Assembly: GCA_038245295.1 (NCBI GenBank)
Contig: JBBRSP010000015.1
Location: 55,603 to 119,602, forward strand
DNA: 64,000 nt
From: Candidatus Binatia bacterium
Lineage (GTDB): Bacteria > Desulfobacterota > Binatia > HRBIN30
Direction: 5' to 3'
The notes beneath the pieces are model-generated. The model searched no databases. It was not told the origin of the DNA and saw only the letters and a program-made list of their open reading frames with translations. Numbering within the stretch: position 1 is the first letter of the stretch; every line of letters begins with the position of its first letter. The translations under genes were made by a program, and so were the position numbers. Shown here one piece after another: positions 39,460 to 48,863 of this stretch.

Positions 39460-40488
39460 ATGCGTATCGTTGCCATCCTGTTGGTTTTGCTTTGCCTCGG
39501 CGGATTACTCATGTACCCGCACTCCACCGGTCCAACCGAAGTGGGCGTGCGCACCGTGAAGTGGGACCTGTTTCGCAAGCGTGGCGTGCAGGACGATGTC
39601 TACCCACCCGGCGCGGTCTACTTCTTCCCTGCCCTGCTCAATGATTGGCACGTACTCGACACCAAGCTCACCAATGTCGAGATGACCTTCGACCCGCATC
39701 GTGGCGATCGACCTGTCCGCGACGATCTGCTGTTCAAGACGGTGGATGGCAACGACATCAGCCTCGACGTCATCGTCGCCTACCGCATCGATGCCGCCAA
39801 AGCACCGTTCATCATACAACAGGTTGGCAGCAGCAATTTTGACATCAAGGACAAAGTCGTGCGCACCGTCGCGCGTAGCCGGCCGCGCGACATCTTCGGC
39901 GAATTGAAGACCGAAGAGTTCTACATTTCAGACAAGCGCGACGAGAAGGCGGAGCAAGCCAAGGCAGTCCTCAACGAACTGCTTGGGCCGTACGGCATCA
40001 TCGTCGAACGCGTGTCGACCAAGGACTATCGCTTCAATGTCGCCTACCAGCGCGCCATCGAAGACAAGAAGATCGCCGAACAGGTCGCCGAGCAGAACAA
40101 GTCGGCCACCAAGGCGGCCGAAGAGGAGTACCGCAAGAAACTCGAGGACGCCAAAGGCGAGGTCGCCAAGATGGTGGCCGAAAGCGACGGCCGCTTCCGC
40201 CAAGCGCAAATCGAAGCTGACGCTTACTATGGCAAGCAACAACAAATCGCCCAGGCAATCGAAGCCGAAGGCACCGCCGAAGCCAAAGGAATTCAGGAGA
40301 TGAATCGCGCCCTCGCCGGCAGTGGCGGCGAAACGATGGTGAAGCTGAAACTCGCCGAGGCCCTCGAAGGCAAACGCATCGTTCTTCTGCCGATGGCGGG
40401 TAGCGGCTTCGACCTGAAGACGACGAATATCAATCAGCTGCTGCAAACTTATGGAGCGCAACACCTCAGCGACGCTGCGGGGCGCTGA
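39460..40488 (+). CDS. SPFH/band-7 domain protein (subunit 2)
   Basis: N-terminal anchor, 'KTVDGNDISLDVIVAYRI', 'AIEDKKIAEQ', 'AEAKG'. Confidence 0.85.
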   Translation: MRIVAILLVLLCLGGLLMYPHSTGPTEVGVRTVKWDLFRKRGVQDDVYPPGAVYFFPALLNDWHVLDTKLTNVEMTFDPHRGDRPVRDDLLFKTVDGNDISLDVIVAYRIDAAKAPFIIQQVGSSNFDIKDKVVRTVARSRPRDIFGELKTEEFYISDKRDEKAEQAKAVLNELLGPYGIIVERVSTKDYRFNVAYQRAIEDKKIAEQVAEQNKSATKAAEEEYRKKLEDAKGEVAKMVAESDGRFRQAQIEADAYYGKQQQIAQAIEAEGTAEAKGIQEMNRALAGSGGETMVKLKLAEALEGKRIVLLPMAGSGFDLKTTNINQLLQTYGAQHLSDAAGR

Positions 40489-40558
40489 GATCGCGGCCTT
40501 GGGGGGACCTTGGCATCTGAAGGCGTTGCAGGCTTTGCATGGCAATTGCGTTTCCTAT

Positions 40559-40695
40559 GGACGGAGTCGGCGTGCCCTCACCCCGCATAGACGGATCATC
40601 TCCGAACTGCTCGGCTAAGGATGATCCGCCGACCGCGGGCTGGGAGCTCCCCTTCGCGCCGCGCGCTTCGGAGAAGAACCAGCCCGACTCCGTCC
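40559..40695. ncRNA. Candidate structured RNA or MITE-like element (multi-stem, unassigned)
   Basis: Perfect 12-bp closing stem GGACGGAGTCGG/CCGACTCCGTCC enclosing CGGATCATC/GATGATCCG and GGGCTGG/CCAGCCC hairpins. Confidence 0.4.
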
Positions 40696-40952
40696 GGCAC
40701 TCTCAGGTCCAGACGGTCATTTCGGACGCGAAACATCAACAAAATCAGCTGCCACCACGGGAAAATGCCGAAAAACGTTGAGTTTGGGTGGCTAGGTAGG
40801 CCTCACCTGCCATCCGAAAACGCGTCCTTGGCCTTCTAATGCGTTCGTCTGGGGGCGTCGAGCCGCCACATTCCCATCAGGCGGAGCCGATAATCCGAGG
40901 AGACTCAGACTCAAGGACGTTTGACCCGGGTCACCGAATTTCACTGGACATA

Positions 40953-40976
40953 AATCATAGAATTCGATAATCATAG
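40953..40976 (+). promoter_or_regulatory. AT-rich TA promoter region with AATCATAG direct repeat (candidate operator)
   Basis: AATCATAG at 40953-40960 and 40969-40976, 3 nt before the antitoxin ATG. Confidence 0.45.
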
Positions 40977-40979
40977 TTT

Positions 40980-41354
40980 ATGAAAAAGAAGCTTCTAGAC
41001 TCATCACGAAATGTCGCGCGCTACGAAATTACCCCGGAAGTGGCGCCGCGCGTACGCGAGGAGGCAGCACCGGCCACCAGTCGTGGCAGGACACGAGTCT
41101 TGTCGGCAACCGAGGCGGCGCGCAACTTCTCCGACCTCATCAGCCGCGTCTGTTACAAAGGCGAAACATACGTCATCGAACGTGGAGGAAAGGCCATGTG
41201 TGAATTGGTTCCAGTCGAGACGCGGCGCTGTACCGGCGCCGATCTACTTGCATTGCTGACCACGCTGGCGCGCCCACCGGAGGAGTTCCTCGCGGCCGTC
41301 GAGGATGTCACCCGGGATCAAGTGATCGTCGAGGCCTCGGCGTGGGAAAAGTAA
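40980..41354 (+). CDS. Phd/YefM-family antitoxin
   Basis: 'LSATEAARNFSDLISRV...YVIERGGKAMCELVP'; overlaps the toxin start. Confidence 0.88.
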   Translation: MKKKLLDSSRNVARYEITPEVAPRVREEAAPATSRGRTRVLSATEAARNFSDLISRVCYKGETYVIERGGKAMCELVPVETRRCTGADLLALLTTLARPPEEFLAAVEDVTRDQVIVEASAWEK

Positions 41355-41740
41355 TCGATTCGAGTGTCCTGATCGCCGCCGAACGCGGCCAGCTCGACTT
41401 GCACGCCGCGCTCGCCGACCATGACAAGGAGACGTTTTCAATCTCCGCAGTGACCGCCTCTGAGCTACTGCACGGCGTACATCGGGTCGGCGCCGCCAAA
41501 CGCGCCACCACCGAAGCATTCGTCGAAGGCTTATTGCAACACTTGCCGGTGCTGCCGTTCGACCTCATCGCCGCCCGTATTCATGCCCGTCTCTGGGCAA
41601 CCCTCTTGAGTCAGGGGCAACAGGTCGGCGAGCGCGACCTTCTGATCGCGGCAACCGCTTTGGCGCACGGCAACACCGTCGTTACACGCGACGAGCGCAG
41701 CTTCCCGAGAATCCCCGGCCTGGAGATTGTTCGCTGGTAG
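41342..41740 (+). CDS. vapC: PIN-domain VapC-family toxin
   Basis: 'IDSSVLI', 'TASELLHG', 'DLLIAATA', 'VTRDERSF'. Confidence 0.92.
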   Translation: MGKVIDSSVLIAAERGQLDLHAALADHDKETFSISAVTASELLHGVHRVGAAKRATTEAFVEGLLQHLPVLPFDLIAARIHARLWATLLSQGQQVGERDLLIAATALAHGNTVVTRDERSFPRIPGLEIVRW

Positions 41741-41869
41741 ACGACGCCTGTCGCGGCCGAGAAGAATCGATTGACTCTGCGCCGTCGAGAGTCGGCAGTT
41801 CAGAGCCGAAGGCAATCCGGGTTACCGGACCTGTCGACTCGGCCTCTCGACTCCGCCAGCTTCGCCACA

Positions 41870-43345
41870 TCAGCTGTCCGCGAGAAGACGCTCCACAAGG
41901 CGCATACTCGCCGCGACGACGCCTTGAAGGCCTGGACCTCCCGCGGTCGCACCAGTCAGCGACAGGTTCTTGTACGCCGTGCGCTGGGAGACCCGGCGCA
42001 TCACGCGATTCTGAAAATCGAGGCGCGCCCCATACATGCCACCCCGTACCAGGCCGACTCGTTGCGCCAGATCGACTGGAGTCCATGCGTCCTGGACAAC
42101 GCAGTGTTTGGTCAGCTCCGGGATCATCCGACGCTCGACGGCGCGCAGGATTTCGCCTGTCACCCGAGCCTTCTCGATCGCATGTGTGCCCTGCTGCACC
42201 GCGGCATCGAAGTAGTCGAAGTCGCTGGCAACGTTGATCTGGACGGTGGTGCAGCCGACCGGAGCCAGGACACCGGGGTCTGTATAGATCGAAGGTGTCG
42301 AGAGGAAGAAGAATGGATCCTCGTAGCGATGTTCGCGGGTGCCGCGCTCAACCGCTGCGTCGATATCCTCATCGGGAAAACACCAAACGTTGGAGCGACC
42401 AAAGCCATGTGTTGCAAGATCGATGTCGAGTCCAAGGAAAACGGTAAAACACGACGCCGACTGCTCGTACTGCGGCGGCGTCGCACCCTCGATGAGCGCC
42501 ATCGTCTTGGCTGGATCGATGTTCGACACGATGTGGCGCGCGGCGAATGCACCGCGCAGCGTCTCTACCCGAGTCACCCGATCGCCAACTCGCTCGATCC
42601 GGGTTACCGGCGCGCCGTATAAGATCTCGCCTCCGTTCTTCGTGATGCACTCGACGACGCAGTCGACGAAGTGCCCCATGCCCAGCTTAGGGAAATGCGC
42701 CGACTGGCAGTAGCCAAACAGCACAGCCTGCAAACAAAGCAGCGGCTCCTCACGCGGCGTCAAGCCAATGTCACCACACTGACCGGCGAGCACCGCGCGT
42801 AGCCGCGGCGATAACTTGAAGTGCTCGAAGACTCGCTCTGCGGGCCATGGTCCATAGAGGATGGTATCCTTGAACTGAAATGGGTGACGCAGAAAACGCT
42901 TGGCTTCGAAGACCGCGCCTTCGCTTTCCGTTTCGATGCCGCGCAGCACGACGAACAGCTCGTTGATACCCTGGCGCTCATCCGGAAAGGCGCGGCACAA
43001 AGCTTCTTCGAGCCGTTTCTCATCATGCGGGATTCGAAAGCTGAAACCAGGAAGCTCTATACGGTCATAGCCGTCCGCATCCAGCTCATTGAACTGAACC
43101 GCTTCCTGCAGGTCCAGCTTCTGCAGCCAACGCTGAACCACCCCGCCGGGACCACAGGCCATCAAGTACTGCATCTCGGCGCAGAATGAGAAGCCCTCAA
43201 GGTTGAAAGATTGACCACACCCGCCGGCACGATCCTGCGCCTCGAGAATCGCTACCCGCCGCCCGGCTTTGGCCAGCAGGGATGCGGCACAAAGGCCGCC
43301 CCAACCCGCACCAAGGATCAGGTAGTCATATTCATCCATGCCCAT
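41870..43345 (-). CDS. Phytoene desaturase/all-trans-retinol saturase-like FAD oxidoreductase
   Basis: 'ILGAGWGGL..A..LA..G..V.ILE....GG', 'TPVDL', 'GGMYG', 'GPGLQG'; real start 43345 or 43339, not 43894. Confidence 0.85.
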   Translation of the reverse strand: MGMDEYDYLILGAGWGGLCAASLLAKAGRRVAILEAQDRAGGCGQSFNLEGFSFCAEMQYLMACGPGGVVQRWLQKLDLQEAVQFNELDADGYDRIELPGFSFRIPHDEKRLEEALCRAFPDERQGINELFVVLRGIETESEGAVFEAKRFLRHPFQFKDTILYGPWPAERVFEHFKLSPRLRAVLAGQCGDIGLTPREEPLLCLQAVLFGYCQSAHFPKLGMGHFVDCVVECITKNGGEILYGAPVTRIERVGDRVTRVETLRGAFAARHIVSNIDPAKTMALIEGATPPQYEQSASCFTVFLGLDIDLATHGFGRSNVWCFPDEDIDAAVERGTREHRYEDPFFFLSTPSIYTDPGVLAPVGCTTVQINVASDFDYFDAAVQQGTHAIEKARVTGEILRAVERRMIPELTKHCVVQDAWTPVDLAQRVGLVRGGMYGARLDFQNRVMRRVSQRTAYKNLSLTGATAGGPGLQGVVAASMRLVERLLADS

Positions 43346-43621
43346 CACCCCGGCAGGCTTGTCGCAGGTCGCGAGGCACGGCGAAAGTCCGAAACACATC
43401 GCATTCCTTACGTCTGAATTCGTCGCGGCGCGCGAAGATTGAGCAGCTTCAAACCACCAACCGATCTGATGCATTCCGCGGTGTCGGCTCCCCGGCAGAC
43501 TGAGCGGCCGGCGCAGCCAATCAGCGCGGACGTGTGCCGCGAGCTGGGAGCAACGCGGCGCTTCGCGTGCTTGCGGCCCGTGCCCCCCGAACATAGGTTG
43601 ACCGGCCCTTTGTCCACCCCG

Positions 43622-43649
43622 TATACGGTCGAAAGTGGTCGACCGTATA
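43622..43649. promoter_or_regulatory. Perfect 11-bp inverted repeat upstream of the GT4 gene
   Basis: TATACGGTCGA-AAGTGG-TCGACCGTATA. Confidence 0.45.
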
Positions 43650-43658
43650 GCGAGCTGG

Positions 43659-44897
43659 ATGACCGTTGCGGAAGCTGCGGCGGCCACACCATCAGGGATC
43701 GTGCGGCCGCACGGGCTGAGGGTTCTGGTGGCGCACCCCTGGATGAAACTCGGGGGTTCCGAAGTGCGCACCCTGTGGCTGCTCTGGGCGCTGCGCCAGG
43801 CCGGACATTCTCCCACGCTGCTGACGATGGCGAGTGATTCACTGGAGTCACTGAACCAACTCCACGCCACGCCCCTCCGAAGCGCGGATTTCATCTGGCG
43901 ACGGGTAGTTCCCCCCTGGCGTGGACACGGGTTAAGAAGATTGAATCTCAGGTGGTTCGAACGTGCCTGCTCCCGACAGGCAGGCAGGTACGACCTCTTT
44001 GTCAGCGCCTACAATCCAGTCGATGTGGGCAGACCGTCACTTTGTTTCGTTGCGGACTTCTCCTGGGACCATCGACTGCGGCAGCACTTGGACGGCGTCT
44101 CACCGCCGTGGGCGCCACGCCAGTGGCTCAACAACTGCTACCATATGCTTCTGGCCGGGCGGCCTGCGCAGAAATGGCTGCATCAACATTACCTCGTGGC
44201 CAACTCCAACTGGACCCAAGAGATCTTGCAGCGTGAGTTCGGCGTGCGCGCGCAGTGTGTGATCGCTCCCCCCGTGTCGAGATGGGTGTCACACAGCTTC
44301 AGCGAGGGCGCGGCAGCTCGCCTCGAGTTCCTGTGGATGGGACGCATTACGCCCGAGAAGAGACTGCAAGACGCGGTCGCGATCCTGGAGGCGGTGAGGG
44401 GAATGGGCTTGCCCGTGCAGCTGCACGTGGCGGGCGAATGGGAGAACTCGAGTGAGCGATCCGTGTTCATGGCCCGGCACGGATCCAAGGCCTGGCTGAC
44501 CTGGCACGGACGCGCCGACGCACTGACTAAAGAGGGGTTGCTTGAGCGCTGCGCGTTCGGGATTCACACGAGGCGGCAAGAGCCTTTCGGGATTTCGGTG
44601 GCGGAGATGATGGCGGCGGGTTGCCTGGTGTTTGCCCCGCGCGGTGGTGCACCGGCCGAGCTCCTAGCCGGAACGGGACTCACCTTCGGGGATTCGATAG
44701 ACGGTGCCGCGTCGGTGATTTTGGATATGCTCAAGGCGCCATTCGCCCGGCATCAAGAGGTTTCACGTATCCTTCAGGCGCGTGCGTCGGCGTTCGCTCC
44801 GTCGGCGTTCTGTCAACGGGTAACCGACCTGGTGGCTCAGCTGCAGCAAGCGGGACTGACGCGGCAGGTCATCCCTGAGATGCCGCGAAAGCGATGA
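43659..44897 (+). CDS. Glycosyltransferase family 4 (GT-B)
   Basis: 'GGSE', 'ANSNWT', 'GRITPEK', 'EPFGISVAEMMAAG'; start uncertain. Confidence 0.87.
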   Translation: MTVAEAAAATPSGIVRPHGLRVLVAHPWMKLGGSEVRTLWLLWALRQAGHSPTLLTMASDSLESLNQLHATPLRSADFIWRRVVPPWRGHGLRRLNLRWFERACSRQAGRYDLFVSAYNPVDVGRPSLCFVADFSWDHRLRQHLDGVSPPWAPRQWLNNCYHMLLAGRPAQKWLHQHYLVANSNWTQEILQREFGVRAQCVIAPPVSRWVSHSFSEGAAARLEFLWMGRITPEKRLQDAVAILEAVRGMGLPVQLHVAGEWENSSERSVFMARHGSKAWLTWHGRADALTKEGLLERCAFGIHTRRQEPFGISVAEMMAAGCLVFAPRGGAPAELLAGTGLTFGDSIDGAASVILDMLKAPFARHQEVSRILQARASAFAPSAFCQRVTDLVAQLQQAGLTRQVIPEMPRKR

Positions 44898-45858
44898 TAT
44901 CGCCGCACCCGTCGGTGTTCTGCTCGGTCAGCGACCGCTCGAGGTCCCACTGCTGCGGCGTGGCGAAGCGATCGTAGCCAAAATGCACGAGCGTCTGCAG
45001 CAGCATTGCCTTTGACGTACCAGCGGCGCTCATGGCCGCACCGTTGATCTCAATCAACATCGTCGGCGCGGTGGCGACTATCAATCGCTCGGCGCCCAGG
45101 AGAACAGCCCGTTCGCTCCCCTCGACATCCAACTTGATGAAGATCCGGCCTGGAAGGGATCGCGCGTCCGCAATGTCGTCCAGCCGACGCATCGACACGT
45201 CAATGGTCCGATGCCGGCCGATGGCAGAATGGCGCGGAAACACGCCGGCAGAGCCGGAGCTTGCCCATGGGATATGGAACTCGACCTCACATGAACGGTC
45301 GCCGCAGGCGAAAGGATAAATCTCGAATCTCGCCGGCCCGTGAGCGAGGGATCGTCGGAGAAGGTGCTCAAGTCGCGGCTGCGGCTCGATCGACAGAACG
45401 AGGCCCTCACGTCCGACGATCAAGGACGCGACGACCGAAAAAATGCCATGGTTGGCTCCGATGTCGATGAAGGTGTCGCCTGACCGCAGAAAGTGCGGCA
45501 GCAGATTTTGCAGCTCGGCGAACTCGCTCGGAACACGCAGGAAGCGCGGGTCGTACAGGTCGAGGAACATGGTCACGTCGCCGAGACGAAGAGGGATAAT
45601 CCCGTCGCTCGCGGTCATGCGTCGGCGCAGAGCGATGATCCCGCGCAACAGCATCTCGGCTCCGATCGGCTCGAAGCGCTGGGCAGCACAGTAGCGGGCA
45701 AAGAAGCGATAAGACCGCGGCAACTGCCGCACCAAGACGGGATCGCCCAACCAGGATAGCGTGGCCCGGCGGTACAGCCACGACCCAGGGGTGTTGAAGA
45801 GACTCTCAGGAAGCCAGCGGACACGGCGCAAACCCGCGATCTTCGGTCGGAGCTTCAC
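44869..45858 (-). CDS. FkbM-family methyltransferase
   Basis: 'FIDIGANHG', 'SIEPQP', 'IKLDVEGSE', 'LIEIN'. Confidence 0.9.
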   Translation of the reverse strand: MKLRPKIAGLRRVRWLPESLFNTPGSWLYRRATLSWLGDPVLVRQLPRSYRFFARYCAAQRFEPIGAEMLLRGIIALRRRMTASDGIIPLRLGDVTMFLDLYDPRFLRVPSEFAELQNLLPHFLRSGDTFIDIGANHGIFSVVASLIVGREGLVLSIEPQPRLEHLLRRSLAHGPARFEIYPFACGDRSCEVEFHIPWASSGSAGVFPRHSAIGRHRTIDVSMRRLDDIADARSLPGRIFIKLDVEGSERAVLLGAERLIVATAPTMLIEINGAAMSAAGTSKAMLLQTLVHFGYDRFATPQQWDLERSLTEQNTDGCGDIIAFAASQG

Positions 45859-46252
45859 ATGAACCCCGCCTCGTCGACGAGGATACCGACGATATTTGGT
45901 TGGGCGACCGCTGCCACTGGCGCTGAGAATCGAAATAGGCGGCAAACCAGAAATCTGCAAATTCGAACAATGCGCTTCACGTCGCTACCTGCAATCAGCC
46001 TAGCCGGCCTTCAGCGCGATTGGGCGCGCAAACCTTGATTTGTTGAAGGACGCCTTGCGATCCAGCTCGATCAAGCTGTCGCGTCTCTGCCTGCTCGAAG
46101 CAATGGTCGTCGTAGAGCGTGCCATCGTAGTTGCCATGGCCGCCCGTCTAGCATGCAAGCGGCGGGCAACGCATCTGCGGAACTGAGTCAGGACTCAGGC
46201 GGAGACACGCCTCGCCCAGGAACGCCTCATATGTGGCAGGGGGAAAAGGGAC

Positions 46253-46696
46253 GTGGGCGAGCCTAAGAAACTGAACTCAACCATGTCACGGTTCGGCCTG
46301 GGAAACCCCGCCGTGTGCTTGGCGGCATCCCGAAGGCCTCGCATCAGAATTGCCACGAAACTCCGCAGCTCGCCGCCGCTCGGTCGACGGGTGCAGGTCG
46401 AGGGTTATGTCATCCACTCGTATCTGTGCCCGCCCTGTCCAACCGGTGCGCAGTGCAAGCCCTGCCTCATGAGCACGGCGAGTTTCATCGCCGACACCAA
46501 GGAGCACGAGCGCTTCCCGTGGGACGATCCACCCGCCGACGTCGCAACGATCGCGGTCGACGACCCAGCACACTTCTCACCGGGCGTACGCTATCGCTTC
46601 GAACTGCAGGTGCCGGAGACGAGTGGTGTCGGTGACGTCGATGCGACGCTTGTCCGCCGCCAACGCGCCGACGCGCCGCCTGGTCGCCTCCCTTGA
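46253..46696 (+). CDS. Hypothetical protein with CPPCPxGAQCKPC motif
   Basis: 'VQVEGYVI..YLCPPCPTGAQCKPC'; N-terminus uncertain. Confidence 0.5.
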   Translation: MGEPKKLNSTMSRFGLGNPAVCLAASRRPRIRIATKLRSSPPLGRRVQVEGYVIHSYLCPPCPTGAQCKPCLMSTASFIADTKEHERFPWDDPPADVATIAVDDPAHFSPGVRYRFELQVPETSGVGDVDATLVRRQRADAPPGRLP

Positions 46697-46698
46697 GT

Positions 46699-46944
46699 TC
46701 AACGCGCCAGGCGCAGCGTGGCGCTCAGTACCAGATTCACACTGTCGGTGTCGGGATCGAATACGACTTTGACGTCGCCGTGCTGCAGTTGGCGCATGAC
46801 GTCTTGCACCTTCTGTTCGAGGCTGTGCTCCCGCGCACCGTAGTCGGTGCCCTCGCGGGTGATGAACTCTTCGACCACGGCCCGCAACGTATCGGCGGGC
46901 AACGCGTCGTACGGCACTTCTATGGGTTCGGCGGTCGACGTCAT
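46699..46944 (-). CDS. YheU (UPF0270) family protein
   Basis: 'IEVPYDAL..DTL..VVEEFITREGTDYG'. Confidence 0.88.
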   Translation of the reverse strand: MTSTAEPIEVPYDALPADTLRAVVEEFITREGTDYGAREHSLEQKVQDVMRQLQHGDVKVVFDPDTDSVNLVLSATLRLAR

Positions 46945-47048
46945 GCGAGTACGCTAGAAAACTTTCGCCGCGCCGCAAGGGTCGCGCACCGCCGACTGGT
47001 GCTCCGCAGACGGTAGTTGCTCGTCCACCGGTCTCGGCCCTTCAGCGC

Positions 47049-47279
47049 TTAAGCCTTCGCCGCACGAGTGCGCAGAGAGAGGAACAACGCGCCGATGAGC
47101 AGCGGCAAACCAATCAGGACGGCGTAGTGTTCCGGCGGATGGTGCCCTGCGCCGCCATCCGGCGCAAACTCGTGGACACAACCGGGCAGAATTGCGAGCA
47201 CACTGAAAAAGGTCAGGAAGTATGCCGCGAGCATCGAGCCGGTGTATTCGTCATTCGTGCTCGATGGGAGAAATCGCAT
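47049..47279 (-). CDS. Small two-TM hypothetical protein (possibly a fragment)
   Basis: Two hydrophobic stretches separated by a His-containing loop; downstream of the DUF1330 gene. Confidence 0.35.
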   Translation of the reverse strand: MRFLPSSTNDEYTGSMLAAYFLTFFSVLAILPGCVHEFAPDGGAGHHPPEHYAVLIGLPLLIGALFLSLRTRAAKA

Positions 47280-47309
47280 ACGCGTCGACTCGCTCTGCTG
47301 TTTGCCAGC

Positions 47310-47735
47310 TCAGCGCATCGGCGGCAGAATCTGCCCTACCGTCATGATGAGCAGCTGCCCGGCCAGCCCGGCCTCGCGGTGCACGCCGATGGCCGTAACC
47401 TCGGGCGAAGTTGCAATGCGATGGAACGCGGCGCGGGATGGATACTCGGCGATGCCAACCGCATCCCATGCCTCGGCGACCTCGCCAATGATGACGCCCT
47501 GTACATCACCCGAGAACAGGAATCGCCCGCCAGCCGCCTCGACGATCGGGCCCATCTCGGCGATGTAACGCATGTACGCCTCGCGTCCGGAGACGTCGTT
47601 GGGACGACCATCCTGGTACTGCGACGTCTCGTGGAACTTCAGCAGATTGACCATGGCGATCGGCCCGGGTGTCGTGTCCTCGGCCAGGGGCATGAACTTC
47701 TCGAAACTCGGATACACGTGATTGACGACATTCAT
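47310..47735 (-). CDS. DUF1330-family protein
   Basis: '[11 protein letters not shown]', 'SGREAYMRY', '[12 protein letters not shown]', 'HREAGLAGQ'; AAGGAGG RBS, ATGA coupling. Confidence 0.85.
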   Translation of the reverse strand: MNVVNHVYPSFEKFMPLAEDTTPGPIAMVNLLKFHETSQYQDGRPNDVSGREAYMRYIAEMGPIVEAAGGRFLFSGDVQGVIIGEVAEAWDAVGIAEYPSRAAFHRIATSPEVTAIGVHREAGLAGQLLIMTVGQILPPMR

Positions 47736-48649
47736 TTGGATCCTCCTTTTGACGCGCCGATGAAGCGGTGCAACAGGTCGGCGATCTCTTCGGGTTTGTC
47801 CTCTTGTAGGAAGTGTCCGGCGTTTTGAATGATGACGTGCGGCTGTCCCTTGGCCCCGGGCACGCGTTCCTGAAAGGCGCGCTCGCCACCTTTGGTTACA
47901 GGGTCGGCGTCGCTGAACGCCGTCAGCCATGGGCGCGTGAACGACTCGAGCACCTTCCACGCCGCCTGATTTTCGGCCACCGAGGCATGCTGGGGTGTAA
48001 TCGGCACGAGAGTCGGGAATTGCCGTGCCCCCGCCTTGTACCTTTCCTCCGGATACGGTGCGTCGTAGGCGGCCTTCTCGGCGGCGCTCAACACGCGTGT
48101 ACACCCCATGCTGATGATGTCGCTCACCGGCAGCACCGGCGTGTTCTGGCTGAAATCAAGCCAGCGGCTGAACGCGTTGCTCGATCCCTCGCCCGTCGGC
48201 AAACCGGTATTGGCCACAACCACCCGAGCAAAACGCTCCGGATACGCGGCCACCAAACGCAACCCGATGAGGCCACCCCAGTCTTGGCCGAAGAACGTGA
48301 TGTCGCGCAGCTGCATCGCCTCGAGCCAGTCGCTCATCCAGCGCACATGGCGCTCATACGTGTAGGAGGCGCGTTCGCTTGGTTTGTCGGAGCGGCCAAA
48401 CCCGATCAGGTCGGGCGCGACGACCCGATGCCCCGCCGCCGCCAGCTTGGCGATCATGCCGCGATAGAGAAACGACCACGACGGCTCACCGTGCATCAAC
48501 AGTACCGGCGACGCATTACGCGCGCCTTCATCGATCGCACAGAGGCGCAGAGTTGTGCCGTCGCCATCTCGAACCTCGCGATAGTGCGGTACGAACGGGA
48601 AATCGGGCAGGTTGTCGAACTGTGAGTCTGGCGTTCTCAAGACTTCCAT
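47732..48649 (-). CDS. Haloalkane dehalogenase (HLD-I/DhlA-DmbB-like)
   Basis: 'LRTPD..F..LP', 'HGEPSWS', nucleophile 'QDWGG', 'DPVT', 'GHFLQED'; AAGGAG RBS. Confidence 0.92.
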   Translation of the reverse strand: MEVLRTPDSQFDNLPDFPFVPHYREVRDGDGTTLRLCAIDEGARNASPVLLMHGEPSWSFLYRGMIAKLAAAGHRVVAPDLIGFGRSDKPSERASYTYERHVRWMSDWLEAMQLRDITFFGQDWGGLIGLRLVAAYPERFARVVVANTGLPTGEGSSNAFSRWLDFSQNTPVLPVSDIISMGCTRVLSAAEKAAYDAPYPEERYKAGARQFPTLVPITPQHASVAENQAAWKVLESFTRPWLTAFSDADPVTKGGERAFQERVPGAKGQPHVIIQNAGHFLQEDKPEEIADLLHRFIGASKGGSK

Positions 48650-48802
48650 CGGCTCTCCTTTGCGGCGACCGTGCATCCTCTGCCGCGATCCATGCCACAC
48701 TCTGGTACACGATGCGGCTTTGATTCCCGGACTCCGCCGCGGCATACACCGCGGCGACACCCAAGGTTCAACGAATGACAGCATCGACCCGGCGGAAATC
48801 AA

Positions 48803-48829
48803 TTGACATATGCGCTGCCACTATGTCAA
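48803..48829. promoter_or_regulatory. Perfect palindrome TTGACATA-N11-TATGTCAA in a divergent promoter
   Basis: Arms at 48803-48810 and 48822-48829; each arm contains a consensus -35 hexamer. Confidence 0.65.
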
Positions 48830-48863
48830 GGTCGTCCGAATGTTGATCGGAGAGGACAACGGC

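Noticed and set aside
40559..40695. Retron msr-msd, SRP RNA or known riboswitch
   Set aside because: No reverse transcriptase in the window and no diagnostic motifs recognised; kept only as an unassigned structure
41789..41840. Hammerhead ribozyme
   Set aside because: Three-way topology but no CUGANGA/GAAA core on either strand
43346..43894. Long N-terminal extension of the FAD oxidoreductase
   Set aside because: Rossmann motif begins right after Met at 43339/43345; the extension overlaps GT4 antisense
46000..46137. 45-codon minus-strand ORF (MATTMARST...)
   Set aside because: No clear RBS or recognisable motif
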